Positions 45,636 to 55,281 are shown, counted from the first letter of the stretch. The stretch: 64,000 nt of DNA from Longimicrobiales bacterium (GCA_965238005.1 OZ250165.1:192001-256000); one strand, 5' to 3'. Made by a program: numbers and translations. The notes: generated by a model from the sequence alone, not told the origin.

Positions 45636-48026
45636 TCAGTCCGTCAAGGTCCGGGCCCGGGCGTCCCCCGACTCCACCAACTCCCTGAAGTACGGGATCG
45701 TCTTCTTGAGACCCTCGTGGAGCGTGGTGATGGCCTCCCACCCCAGGACCTCCATGGCCACAGAGATGTCAGGCTGTCGGACCTTCGGGTCGTCCTCGGG
45801 GAGCGGTCTGTATTCGATGTCCGACTGGGACTCTGTCTCCTCCAGCACCAGCTCCGCCAGCTCGGCGATGGTGAACTCGTGAGGGTTGCCGATGTTGGTC
45901 GGGTCTGTGCGGTCGGAGTGGAAGACCCGGAAGATCCCCTCGACCTCGTCGTCCACGTAGCAGAAGGAGCGCGTCTGGGACCCGTCCCCGTAGACGGTGA
46001 GGGGCTCGTTTCGCAGAGCCTGCACGATGAAGTTCGAGACGACGCGGCCGTCGGCGGGACGCATGCGCGGCCCGTAGGTGTTGTGGGCAAACACCCCATT
46101 GCCGGCGAGGAAGTTCTCGTAGCCCTCCACGCCGAAGTCGTAGACGTACTCCGATGCCTCTACGGGCTCGATCTCACGGACCTTCGCCCAGACGAGATCG
46201 CCTGTCCGGGTGGCGTTTAGGCGCTGCTCCACCCCCTGGTCCCAGGTCAGGATGTCGAAGTTCGACACCCCACAGACGGTGAGTCTCCAGAAGGGGAACG
46301 TCCGATCACCGTACTTCTTCCTGAAGGTCGTCTCGTAGCGCGCCACCGACGCGACGATTCCGAAGCGCAGCAGAAGGTAGCTCAGGTCCGTCGCGAGCCC
46401 ATCGCTCACCGTGTTGAACGCGAGGTCGCGGCACTCCGGACAGCCGGTGTGTGTGCCATCGCCCTCCCTGTACCCCTCGAGGAAGTGCTTCAGGCGGGAC
46501 AGCGGTAGCTGGAAGATCCAGGGAGGGATTCGGATCGCGGTCGAGGCGCCCGTGACCTGGAACACCTGGTCGAAGAGGCAGAAGAGAGCCTTCGAGTCCA
46601 CGTAGAGGGAAGGACCCCGCTCCATCGTCGCCTCGACCTTACGGGTATCCACACCGAAGCAGGCATCGAACACTTCGCAGGCCCGTTCCACGAATTCGTC
46701 GTCCGACGACAGGAGTAGGCGGTAGGTCCCCTTGGAGTCCACGTGACAGCCCTCGGCAACGAACAGCCCCAGGAGCCACAAGAGATCGTCCGTGATGGGA
46801 ACTCGGCACCGGATCGCGGCTCCACCTCCCCCCGTAAAGGGTTGGATCACCACGTCCTCGGGCCAAACAGCCCCCCACCGTCGATGTAGGCGAGCCATCA
46901 CTGAGAGTGGGATCTTCCCTTCCTTCCTGAGCCTCCGCCACAAGCAACCGACCGTGTTGCGCTTGCGCCGGCTTCCGTCGAAACGCGGGCTCTCCATGAG
47001 GAAGTCGAAGATCTCCTCCTTGTACCGCTCGAGCACGGGCGTCAGACCGGGAGAGACAAGGGCATAACCCCAAAGGCTCTCGTCCGACTCCGACTGCCGG
47101 ATCAGGTGCTCGGCGAGATCCACGTACTCGAGGTCCCGCTCCACCACGGGGAGACGACCCGGAATGGCGATGTAGTCGCCCACCTTCAGGTCTCGAACCG
47201 GAACGGCCTCCGGCAGACGATCGGAATCGCGCCGAAAGAGGCTGTGGTCCCCGGTGACGCGGATGTGTCTTCCGTACCGCGTGACGATCCGAAACGCATC
47301 CTTGCCGAGTGAGTGGTGCTTGATGAGGGCGTCGGCCTCTCGAAGCTCGACTTCGAGCGTCCGCGGATTGAACGCCGGAACGCGCATGCGACGGCGAACG
47401 ACGAGGGGGCTGTCGGATGCCGCATCGAAGTAATCCTCCACTGCCTCTATGTGGGCCGTAGCGTCGTTGAAGAGGATGACCGTCTCGTCGGCGAGGATGC
47501 TGTTGAAGATCCTCACGATCCTCGTATGCACGCCGTGGTACCGGTGGTACGCCATCGTCATGGCCTCAGCGAAGCGCTTGGCCTCGTCGTAGACGCCGCG
47601 TAGACCCACCGGATTCACGTTGCCCCAGTACGCCTCGGGCTGCGGGTGGACGTCCGGATCGCCGTACACCTCCGACGTGGAGGCCAGGAGGAACCGCGCC
47701 GACTTCGCCAGGGAGAGCCCGAGCATGTTGTGTGTGCCGAGGCTCCCGACCTTCAGCGTTTGAATCGGCAACTCCAGGTAGTCCACGGGGCTGGCCGGCG
47801 ACGCGAAGTGGAGGACCCCGTCCAGCTCCTCGTGGATGTAGAGCGGCGTGGAGATGTCGTGTCGCAGAAAGGAGAACCCCTCGTTCTTCTGGAGATTGGC
47901 GATGTTCTCGGGCGAGCCCGTGATGAGGTTGTCCACGCCGATGACGTGGTAGCCCTCCAGAAGGAACCGGTCGGCCAGGTGGGAGCCGAGGAATCCGGCG
48001 GCTCCGGTGATCAGGATGCGCTCCAC
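45636..48026 (-). CDS. uxs: UDP-glucuronate decarboxylase (UDP-xylose synthase) containing an intein
   Basis: [35 protein letters not shown]|...|[17 protein letters not shown] start at 48026 with GAGGAGG RBS. Confidence 0.93.
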   Translation of the reverse strand: MERILITGAAGFLGSHLADRFLLEGYHVIGVDNLITGSPENIANLQKNEGFSFLRHDISTPLYIHEELDGVLHFASPASPVDYLELPIQTLKVGSLGTHNMLGLSLAKSARFLLASTSEVYGDPDVHPQPEAYWGNVNPVGLRGVYDEAKRFAEAMTMAYHRYHGVHTRIVRIFNSILADETVILFNDATAHIEAVEDYFDAASDSPLVVRRRMRVPAFNPRTLEVELREADALIKHHSLGKDAFRIVTRYGRHIRVTGDHSLFRRDSDRLPEAVPVRDLKVGDYIAIPGRLPVVERDLEYVDLAEHLIRQSESDESLWGYALVSPGLTPVLERYKEEIFDFLMESPRFDGSRRKRNTVGCLWRRLRKEGKIPLSVMARLHRRWGAVWPEDVVIQPFTGGGGAAIRCRVPITDDLLWLLGLFVAEGCHVDSKGTYRLLLSSDDEFVERACEVFDACFGVDTRKVEATMERGPSLYVDSKALFCLFDQVFQVTGASTAIRIPPWIFQLPLSRLKHFLEGYREGDGTHTGCPECRDLAFNTVSDGLATDLSYLLLRFGIVASVARYETTFRKKYGDRTFPFWRLTVCGVSNFDILTWDQGVEQRLNATRTGDLVWAKVREIEPVEASEYVYDFGVEGYENFLAGNGVFAHNTYGPRMRPADGRVVSNFIVQALRNEPLTVYGDGSQTRSFCYVDDEVEGIFRVFHSDRTDPTNIGNPHEFTIAELAELVLEETESQSDIEYRPLPEDDPKVRQPDISVAMEVLGWEAITTLHEGLKKTIPYFRELVESGDARARTLTD
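46080..47501 (-). mobile_element. Intein (474 aa) with LAGLIDADG homing endonuclease in uxs
   Basis: Starts SILADE; block B VTGDHSLF; motifs LLGLFVAEG and [10 protein letters not shown]; block F VYDFGV; ends HN before Thr+1; removal restores RIFNTYGP. Confidence 0.95.
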
Positions 48027-48027
48027 G

Positions 48028-48126
48028 TCAGGCCACCTCCTCACGAAGCGCCTCGACCTCGGAGTCGATGCTGCTAAGACAGCAGGTGAGGAGCTCCACC
48101 AGCTCCTGGTATTCGCTTTGCGTCAT
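48028..48126 (-). pseudogene. Coiled-coil ORF family, N-terminal fragment
   Basis: [12 protein letters not shown]... matches the starts at 53324 and 55020, including upstream DNA; stop abuts the uxs start. Confidence 0.7.
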
Positions 48127-48228
48127 CCGCCCTCGGGTTCTCTGGGGATCCGCCCCATGCTACGCCTTCCCTGCCACCCTCGACAAGGTACGAGGGAGGG
48201 GGACCATTCGGGCCCTTTCTTGCGGAGC

Positions 48229-48648
48229 TCAGCTCGAAGGCCGTGAGGACCAATCCTCCACCTCCAGGGCGGGCACCCGCCCGAACTCCCGGACGTTCGC
48301 CGTCGCCAAGCGGAGGTCGTGGGTGAGACACGCCGCGGCGAGCCAGAGATCGTGGGCACCGATGAGCCGGCCCTCTTCTGCCAGATCCGCCCAGAGGCGG
48401 GCGTGCACCCGGGCGGTGGCGATCTCGACGGGAAGGAAGGGCATGCTCCCGAGAACTCCCTCGACGAAGGCGGTCCTCCGGGCGCGGGTCACGGGATCCT
48501 TCGCCCGATGGACGCCGTGGAGGAGCTCGCTTGCCGTCACGACGGACAGGAAGAAGGTCTCCTCTTCCCGCCCCCGGATCCGCGCTTCCAGGTCCACGCG
48601 ACCCCTCTCGTAGTCAATCAGGACCGAAGTGTCGATCAGGACTCCCAC
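48229..48648 (-). CDS. VapC/PIN-domain toxin
   Basis: [35 protein letters not shown]. Confidence 0.93.
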   Translation of the reverse strand: MGVLIDTSVLIDYERGRVDLEARIRGREEETFFLSVVTASELLHGVHRAKDPVTRARRTAFVEGVLGSMPFLPVEIATARVHARLWADLAEEGRLIGAHDLWLAAACLTHDLRLATANVREFGRVPALEVEDWSSRPSS

Positions 48649-48914
48649 GGATCTTCGTCGGGGAGGGCGGGAAGCGAGTCCCTGGCCTCCTGCATATCCC
48701 GACGCAACGCCTCCGCCTCTTCGACAGACAGGCGGGGAACAGCCTCGAGGAGGGCCGGAAGATCGCCGAGCCGTCCGCCTCGGGGAACCGGGACCAGTCG
48801 AGCCACGGGCCTTCCGCCCCGCTCCAGGACGAAGCGCTCCCCCCTGTAGAACACCCTGCTGACGATGTCCGCAAAGTTTCGGGCCGCTTCCGTCACCGAG
48901 ATCGTGTGCTTCAT
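48636..48914 (-). CDS. Phd/YefM-family antitoxin
   Basis: ISVTEAARNFADIVSRV..GERFVLERGGRPVARLVP; overlaps the toxin start. Confidence 0.9.
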   Translation of the reverse strand: MKHTISVTEAARNFADIVSRVFYRGERFVLERGGRPVARLVPVPRGGRLGDLPALLEAVPRLSVEEAEALRRDMQEARDSLPALPDEDPWES

Positions 48915-48968
48915 CGTTGAGCTGGCAGAGGTCAGGGTCCGGGTTCGAAGACCTGAGATCAAACGAGT

Positions 48969-48999
48969 GTCACATAATCATATAATATGATTATCTGAC
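48969..48999. promoter_or_regulatory. AT-rich palindromic operator/promoter upstream of the antitoxin
   Basis: GTCACATAATCATAT-A-ATATGATTATCTGAC, 14 of 15 positions paired. Confidence 0.65.
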
Positions 49000-49015
49000 G
49001 CGCAAGGCATCCGGC

Positions 49016-49285
49016 TCAGCGATTGCGGGCCGAGGGACCAAGAGGGATTTCATCGACGTATTCGCTCTGGGCCGTAGTGGCCTCGGTCTTGGGGAGATGC
49101 TTGACCTACACAAGCGTAGGTTCGCAGTTCGGGATATCGGGCACGTGGTAATGAGCCTCACCTACTTCGACGACGCCGAGGCCGAGGACATGCCGACAAT
49201 GCTGTGGGATGTGGGCTGGAGCGACGTCAAGCGGTCGATCGAACGCTGGGTTACAGACTACGCCCGCCACCCTGACCCACCCTAG
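49016..49285 (+). pseudogene. C-terminal remnant of AbiEii-like nucleotidyltransferase toxin
   Basis: SAIAGRGTKRDFIDVFAL...SLTYFDDAEAEDMP..W.DVK; no 5' half. Confidence 0.7.
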
Positions 49286-49318
49286 CGACAGGGGGGTCTT
49301 GTGTAAACAGCGGAAGAC

Positions 49319-49475
49319 TCATCGCCTGCGATCTTCCTCCAGGCGCGTCACCCGCCGGTCCAGCTCCAGGTGGCAAGTCCGTAGCAACTCGCCAAGATCC
49401 TGAAAGCCAACGGCCACCTCGGAGCGGAACGCCTCGAGCCTGCGGTCGTTCCCCGACACGGCTTCGGCCACAACC
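49319..49475 (-). pseudogene. Coiled-coil ORF family, C-terminal fragment
   Basis: VAEAVSGNDRRLEAFRSEVA...LELDRRVTRLEEDRRR matches 53063 and 54664 copies. Confidence 0.75.
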
Positions 49476-49542
49476 AAAGGGCTTGGACCTGGGACCGGTC
49501 CATGCTCAACGGAGCAGGCTCCTGAGGCATCGGGTTCCGCAG

Positions 49543-49571
49543 GTTGACATCGTGACGCTTTGATGTCATGG
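49543..49571 (+). promoter_or_regulatory. Sigma70-type promoter with overlapping inverted repeat (leaderless TA transcript)
   Basis: TTGACA-17 nt-CATGGT, 5 nt before ATG 49578; TGACATC...GATGTCA inverted repeat. Confidence 0.6.
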
Positions 49572-49577
49572 TGTGGC

Positions 49578-49811
49578 ATGGACACGAAATCCAAGCGCAC
49601 CACCGTCTACTTCGACGCTACCATCCATAGGGCGCTGCGTCTCAAGGCGGCTGAGACTGAGCAAAGCCTGTCGGATCTCGTGAATGCCGCGGTACGCGAG
49701 AGCCTCTTCGAAGACTCCGAGGATCTCGAGGCCTTCGAGGCCCGCGCCAAGGAACCGAGTCTCCTCTTCGAAGAGGTGCTCAAGGACCTGAGGCGTCGTG
49801 GCAAGCTATGA
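49578..49811 (+). CDS. CopG/RHH antitoxin
   Basis: KRTTVYFD..HRALRLKAAETEQSLSDLVNAAVR; overlaps relE. Confidence 0.88.
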   Translation: MDTKSKRTTVYFDATIHRALRLKAAETEQSLSDLVNAAVRESLFEDSEDLEAFEARAKEPSLLFEEVLKDLRRRGKL

Positions 49812-50055
49812 GCTCCGGATCAAGCCATCGGCCGTGAAGGAGTTGGAGGCCCTGCAGGACAAGGACCGACGTCGCGTTGTCGCCCGGATCCAGGCGTTGG
49901 CCGAGGAGTGCCGGCCCCAAGGATGCCAGAGACTCACCCAGAACGACCGTTATCGAATTCGTCAGGGCGTGTTCCGCATTCTTTACGAAGTGGACGATGG
50001 TGCCCGGACAGTAACCATCGTAAAGATCGGTCATCGTCGCGACGCCTACCGGTGA
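49798..50055 (+). CDS. RelE/ParE-family toxin
   Basis: IKPSAVKELEAL, YRIRQGVFRILYE, KIGHRRDAYR. Confidence 0.92.
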   Translation: MASYELRIKPSAVKELEALQDKDRRRVVARIQALAEECRPQGCQRLTQNDRYRIRQGVFRILYEVDDGARTVTIVKIGHRRDAYR

Positions 50056-50132
50056 TGCTGAGTACCGGTGCTCCGCAATGATCGATGCGGGTAAACTACT
50101 TCTGTGCCACCCGGTTCTGTGCCACCCGGGCG

Positions 50133-50171
50133 GCACCAAGATGCTTCCTCAGGGCGAAGAGGGGGATCGGC
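50133..50171. repeat. Copy of the ugd-leader motif
   Basis: GCACCAAGATGCTTCCTCAGGGCGAAGAGGGGGATCGGC matches 52758-52790 and 56141-56179. Confidence 0.75.
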
Positions 50172-50353
50172 TTGGCTCGCCTCAGGATCCAACGGGTTCG
50201 GGATTCCCCGCTCCAGTTTCCAAAGCAAGGCGAAACCCTGGGCGACACCATGGCGTGGTGGGCCAGCGATAATGGCGCCGGAGGAAGGGCACCAGCCAGT
50301 GGGGGTGTTGTGCGCGAGTCGGCGGCTCAATTGACGCGGTTGGTGAGAGCCGA

Positions 50354-52726
50354 TCAGCCCTGGTCCGGAGCGCCCACCGCCGGGCGGCCCACCGAGTAGT
50401 ACTCGAAGCCCGCCTCCGCCATACTCTCGAGCGAGTAGAGGTTTCGCCCATCGAAGACGAGGGGCTGCGCCATGAGACTTCGCATGCGGCCGAAGTCGGG
50501 GTGGCGGTACGGCAGCCACTCGGTGTGGATGACCAGCGCGTCGGCGTCCTTCAGGGCGTCGTAGTTCGCGTCCACCAACTCGATCGAGTCCCCCAGAATC
50601 CGGCGGGCTTCTCCCATGGCGGCCGGGTCATGCGCGACCACGCGGGCGCCCGCCTCGAGCAGACCGGCGATCGTCACCAGGCTGGGCGCCTCACGCATGT
50701 CGTCGGTGTTCGGCTTGAACGCCAGGCCCCATATGGCGATGGTCTGCCCCGAAAGGTCCGCGCCCAGGCGATCGACGAGCCCCTCGATCAAAAGCCGCTT
50801 CTGCGCCTCGTTCACGGCGTGGACGGCATCGAGGATGGACCCGTCCGTGCCCATCTCGCGCATGGTGTTGGCGAGCGCATTCACATCCTTTGGAAAACAG
50901 TTGTGCACCACGAGGCCCGCGGTCGTAACAAACGTCTCCTTCCCCGGAACCTCGACGGAGTAGACCCAGCCTCTGAAAGGGACAGGCCGGGACTCGGTGA
51001 CGCGCACCCACGCGACGCCTCGGGCGGGGCGGTAGCCGGTGGGAGCGACACGCTTGGTCTGGCGTGCCAGCGACGCGAGAACAGCCGGCCGGTCGGCTGG
51101 CTTCACCAACTCGATGAGCTGTTCCACCTGATTGGCGCCGGCGACGGCGACCCAGTGGGTGTCGGTGGTGGATTTGGCCGTCCGACCCACCTTGAGGCGA
51201 GCGCCGAACCCCAACCCGCCCAGGAGTCGCACCACACCGTCGGCGAGTTCTCGACTCACCGTTCCCCACTCGAGAACCACGCTCTGCCCTCCGTTGACCA
51301 GCGACCACGAGCCGTCTCCTTGCCAGAGGCCGGAAAGCAGGGCGATTTGCTCGGACGACGAGAGGTCCCAGACGGCATCGGGGAGCCGTTGCGTGTAGCA
51401 GTTGGCGCTCCGGGGGTGTTCCATCACCGCCGTCCGTACCTGGGCAAGCTCGAGTCCAGCCCGGGCCTCGGCTCCCAGGCGCACGATGACCTCGTCTTCA
51501 CGGAAGCCCATTGAAGCCATAGTTCCCACGACCTCCAGTTCCTCGTCGGCCTCCTGTAGCGCGGCCGGCTGGCCCATGGCCACCGGCAGCCAATCCTCGG
51601 TGGTCAGCTCCTGCGCCAGCTTCACCTGCGGCGCTCCGCCCACCCCATCGGAGACCACGAAGGGATGATCTGGCGTGCACCGCAGCCGACGCCCCATCTT
51701 GGTGCGGATCTTCAGGACTTCCCCCTCGTACCAGCGTCGGGTCACCGCCGAGGCCCGACGCCACTGCGGTCCCCCATCCGGACTCCACGACAGCACGGTC
51801 AGATCATCCGTCCAGGTCACTTCGGGCTCGAGGTCGTCCGTCACGGACGAAGGCACCACAGCGCAGTCCTCAAAGAGGGCATCCAGACGCACAAGGGTGG
51901 CACACCCCTTCCGCCGTGCCAGGACGGTCTCCTGGCCCAACAAACAGCTTCCCCCGTAGCCCACCCCCGGGAACAGGAAGCTCGACCCGATCCGCGAGTC
52001 CGACCCCACGCCCCGGCGCACGCTGTCCACGTCGGCGCCTGTGCGTGAACACAGGTCGGCCACCGAGTTCATGAAGCTGATGCGGAGTGCCAGCATGGCG
52101 TTCGCGGCGTACTTGGTGATCTCCGCCGCCGCCACGTCCATCAGGAGGATGTCGTGGCCCGTGCGCACGAACGGGGCGTAGAGGTCCCGGAGCACGGCGG
52201 CCGCGTACTCGCTGTCGACGCCCAGCACCACGCGGTCGGGCTTCATGAAGTCTTCAACGGCAGCCCCTTCCTTGAGGAATTCGGGGTTGGAGCAGACGTG
52301 GACCGGATGGTCCGTCTCCGCCTCGACGGCCTCACGAACCTTGGCTGCCGTCCCCACCGGCACCGTGCTCTTGGTGATGACGATCTTCTCGCCGTTCATG
52401 GCCCGGCCGATGGTCCGGGCGGCGTCGAGGATGTGCTGGAGGTCCGCCGAGCCGTCCTCGTCGGGGGGCGTGCCCACTGCGATGAAGATGATCTCGGAGG
52501 CCCGGACGGCCTCTGGGATGTCGGTCGTGAAGGTGAGGCGGCCCGATCGGAGGTTCCGCTCCACCAAGGGCTCGAGGCCCGGCTCGTATATGGGGATCTC
52601 GCCAGCGTTGAGCCGTGCGATCTTGTTCTCGATGATGTCCGAACAGACAACGTCGTTGCCGGTCTCGGCGAGGCAGGCGCCGGCTACGAGGCCGACGTAT
52701 CCGGTTCCGATGACTGCTACGTGCAT
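50354..52726 (-). CDS. ugd: UDP-glucose 6-dehydrogenase containing an intein
   Basis: [29 protein letters not shown]|...|CFPKD, GLAFKPNTDDMREAP. Confidence 0.96.
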   Translation of the reverse strand: MHVAVIGTGYVGLVAGACLAETGNDVVCSDIIENKIARLNAGEIPIYEPGLEPLVERNLRSGRLTFTTDIPEAVRASEIIFIAVGTPPDEDGSADLQHILDAARTIGRAMNGEKIVITKSTVPVGTAAKVREAVEAETDHPVHVCSNPEFLKEGAAVEDFMKPDRVVLGVDSEYAAAVLRDLYAPFVRTGHDILLMDVAAAEITKYAANAMLALRISFMNSVADLCSRTGADVDSVRRGVGSDSRIGSSFLFPGVGYGGSCLLGQETVLARRKGCATLVRLDALFEDCAVVPSSVTDDLEPEVTWTDDLTVLSWSPDGGPQWRRASAVTRRWYEGEVLKIRTKMGRRLRCTPDHPFVVSDGVGGAPQVKLAQELTTEDWLPVAMGQPAALQEADEELEVVGTMASMGFREDEVIVRLGAEARAGLELAQVRTAVMEHPRSANCYTQRLPDAVWDLSSSEQIALLSGLWQGDGSWSLVNGGQSVVLEWGTVSRELADGVVRLLGGLGFGARLKVGRTAKSTTDTHWVAVAGANQVEQLIELVKPADRPAVLASLARQTKRVAPTGYRPARGVAWVRVTESRPVPFRGWVYSVEVPGKETFVTTAGLVVHNCFPKDVNALANTMREMGTDGSILDAVHAVNEAQKRLLIEGLVDRLGADLSGQTIAIWGLAFKPNTDDMREAPSLVTIAGLLEAGARVVAHDPAAMGEARRILGDSIELVDANYDALKDADALVIHTEWLPYRHPDFGRMRSLMAQPLVFDGRNLYSLESMAEAGFEYYSVGRPAVGAPDQG
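50900..51946 (-). mobile_element. Intein (349 aa) with partial LAGLIDADG endonuclease in ugd
   Basis: Starts CLLGQE; block B CTPDHPF; only one LAGLIDADG-like motif seen (LLSGLWQGDG); ends VVHN before Cys+1. Confidence 0.94.
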
Positions 52727-52830
52727 GTGGCCTCGAGGTTGAGGGGGACGAACGAACGCACCAACATACTTCCTCAGGACGAAGAGCGGGCGCTATCTTT
52801 GGAGAGAGCGCCCGATTCCTGGGGGTCGAA

Positions 52831-52922
52831 ATGGCACCTCACAGATCGAATAACGGTCAACCCGAGGCAATGTGGGGGTCGCCCCCGCGTTCGCGGTTTG
52901 CGGATCCGCGTGAGCGATGTCT
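52831..52922 (+). pseudogene. DUF433 antitoxin N-terminal remnant
   Basis: LTDRITVNPRQCGGRPRVRGLRIRVSDV, out of frame with ATG 52831 and truncated. Confidence 0.7.
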
Positions 52923-53062
52923 GCACTTCGCCAGTGATCGCGTGAACCATCCGATCATGGGTGCGTGAAGCTCTGGCTCGGCAGGCGCCTGCCACCAGAC
53001 TCCACCCGCCGCTCTGACCCCCCAAAAGCGACAGGATGGTCTTCCAAAAAACAGCGGAAGAC

Positions 53063-53324
53063 TCAGCGCCTATCGCCTCCCTCCAGACGCGTCACACGTC
53101 GGTCCAGCTCCAGGTGGGAAGTCCAGTAGCTCCCGAAAGCCAGCCGCCACTTCGGAGCGGAACACCTGGAGCTTGCCGTCGATCCCCGACACGGCCTCGG
53201 CCACGATCTGGGTCTGGTGGCGGTTCTCTTCCCCGAGGATCTCCACACGGCGGAGACGCTCGTCGATACCGTCGAGCCGGGGGGCGATGAACTCCACCAG
53301 CTCCTGGTATTCGCTCCTAGTCAT
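53063..53324 (-). pseudogene. Coiled-coil ORF family, frameshifted copy
   Basis: [14 protein letters not shown]...FRSEVAAGFRELL, then LELDRRVTRLE in another frame. Confidence 0.75.
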
Positions 53325-53451
53325 CCGGCCTCTGGCCCCATGCCCACATGCCATGCGTTCGCTCTCACTCGGGCCAAGGTAAGACAATCTTCGCGGCAAG
53401 ACGATGCCCGGATGGGACGACACTCCTTAGGCGGTTTGCCACCGCAGTGCC

Positions 53452-53586
53452 CATCTCGTCGGGATGCGTGGGTGGCCGACGCGTAGGCAGGCTCCTTCGG
53501 GACCCGCTCGATTCCTTTTGTGTTCAGTGGTAGTCCGTGATCTCGACGTGCGCGGGGCCCTGGTCGGTCCCCACAAAACAACGCCG
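53452..53586 (-). pseudogene. HigB 3' end / HigA 5' end junction remnant
   Basis: CFVGTDQGPAHVEITDYH-stop followed by LPTRRPPTHPDEM. Confidence 0.7.
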
Positions 53587-53609
53587 AGGATGGCCCGCCG
53601 ACGACAGGA

Positions 53610-54038
53610 CTACGGGACGCGGACCCGCTCAGCCATCTCGGGCCACGCGATCCTCTTGAAGTGCCCGATGTTCCAGGTGTACACGGCCTCAACCTTCGCG
53701 CGCTCGGCGCACTTGAGGATGAGCGCGTCGTAGATCCGACCGCTCCGCGCCTCCACCCCGGCGACGTGTCGCAACACCCACAGGTAATCGCCCACGTCCA
53801 ATGTCACCGGAGCAAATGCGGTAGCCACGTGTTCGACGGCTTCGAGCACCTGATCCACCCGGCGCATCTTCGGCGTGGGAGTGGCCGAGAGCGTCGCGTA
53901 CAGCTCGGCGAGGGAGTGGGCGGCCACGAAGGCGTTCGAAGGAGTGGCCGTGGCCACGAGAGCCAGAGACCGCCGATGGTGCCGATGCGCGGCCTCGGAG
54001 GCCGCGAAGAGCACGGTCGTGTCGCAGAGAAAAGTCAT
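53610..54038 (-). CDS. VapC/PIN toxin (copy 1)
   Basis: CDTTVLFAA, HSLAELYATL, IYDALI, TWNIGHF. Confidence 0.92.
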   Translation of the reverse strand: MTFLCDTTVLFAASEAAHRHHRRSLALVATATPSNAFVAAHSLAELYATLSATPTPKMRRVDQVLEAVEHVATAFAPVTLDVGDYLWVLRHVAGVEARSGRIYDALILKCAERAKVEAVYTWNIGHFKRIAWPEMAERVRVP

Positions 54039-54052
54039 CGACCGAGAAGCCG

Positions 54053-54328
54053 CTACTCGTCTCCCCGGACCTGCCGGTGCCTGCGCTCCCGCTCGTCCTC
54101 AACGGCCCGGCCCAGGTCAACCGTCTGCTCCTCGCCGGACCGGAACACGACCCAGCCGCTGGCGTGCCGCTCGGCCGGAATCTCCTCCGGCCTCGGCCGG
54201 AGCACAATCCCATCCGGAGACTCGAAGATCTCGAGGCGGTGGCTCCCGTCGAGGAGGCCGTACTTCTCGCGCATGGCCCGTGGGACAACCACGCGACCGG
54301 AGCGATCCATCCTGATGGTCTTCTTCAT
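54053..54328 (-). CDS. AbrB/MazE-type antitoxin (copy 1)
   Basis: MDRSGRVVVPRAMREKYGL..GIVLRP. Confidence 0.9.
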   Translation of the reverse strand: MKKTIRMDRSGRVVVPRAMREKYGLLDGSHRLEIFESPDGIVLRPRPEEIPAERHASGWVVFRSGEEQTVDLGRAVEDERERRHRQVRGDE

Positions 54329-54663
54329 ACCATAAACGATGGCACGCGAAGGTGGTATCGTCAATGGCACAGACATGCCATTCGTGCCGCCATCGATCCC
54401 GAGCTAGACGCCCGTCCGAGCCGGCATCATGTTCGGGTGGGAGGGGAGCCATCATCGCACGATCCGCCGTATCCCACGCCGTGGATCGAACGGAAGGCGG
54501 AAGAAATACCGTCGAAAAGACGGACTCCCAACTCGCTCCCACCTGGGCGCGTCTGGCTCAGCGGCCTATCTCCAGCCTCGATATGAGGACATCGAGATCG
54601 AGCAGGCCCGGTACGATGAGGCAGAACGCAGATTGGGGTGGGTTTCTGTAAGCAGGGTAAGAC

Positions 54664-55020
54664 TCACCGCCCACGATCTTCCTCCAGGCGCGTCATCCGC
54701 CGGTTCAGCTCCAGGTAGGAAGTCCCTATCAACTCGCGAATGTCCTGGAACTCAGCGGCCACCTCCGACCGGAACGCCTCGAGCTTGAGGGCGTTCCCCG
54801 ACACGCCTTCGGCCACTCCCGACAAGCCTTGGGCCACACCCGACAAGCCTTCGGCCACCCCCGACACGCCTTCGGCCACGATCTGGATCTGGTGGCGGTT
54901 CTCTTCCCCGAGGATCTCCACACGGCGGAGGCGCTCATCCATAGAGTCGAAGCGCTTGTCGTTGCGATCGAACCGGACGGCGATGAACTCCGCGAGCTCC
55001 TGGTACTCGCTCCTGGTCAT
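54664..55020 (-). CDS. Small coiled-coil protein with heptad tandem repeats (intact family member)
   Basis: 118 aa, uninterrupted; VAEGVSG-type heptad x4 from a 21-bp repeat at 54797-54879. Confidence 0.75.
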   Translation of the reverse strand: MTRSEYQELAEFIAVRFDRNDKRFDSMDERLRRVEILGEENRHQIQIVAEGVSGVAEGLSGVAQGLSGVAEGVSGNALKLEAFRSEVAAEFQDIRELIGTSYLELNRRMTRLEEDRGR

Positions 55021-55147
55021 CTGGCCTCTGGCTTCAAGCCCCCAGGCTACGCGTTCCCTCTCACTCGGGCCAAGATAAGACAATCTTCGCGGCAAGACGA
55101 TGCCCGGATGGGACGACACTCCTTAGGCGGTTTGGCACCGCAGTGCC

Positions 55148-55281
55148 CATCTCGTCGGGATGCGTTGTGGCCGACGCGTAGGCAGGCTCCTTCGGGACCC
55201 GCTCGATTCCTTTTGTGTTCAGTGGTAGTCCGTGATCTCGACGTGCGCGGGGCCCTGGTCGGTCCCCACAAAACAACGCCG
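55148..55281 (-). pseudogene. HigB/HigA junction remnant (copy 2)
   Basis: Duplicate of 53452-53586. Confidence 0.68.

Noticed and set aside
48965..48999. dif/Xer site
   Set aside because: The left arm resembles the XerC arm, but no TTATGTTAAAT-like XerD arm follows at 6-bp spacing; the operator reading fits better.
50100..50129. 15-bp tandem duplicate TTCTGTGCCACCCGG
   Set aside because: Only two units in intergenic DNA; probably a slippage scar.
54797..54879. 21-bp repeats as a mini-CRISPR
   Set aside because: Contiguous units with no spacers; they encode heptads in frame.
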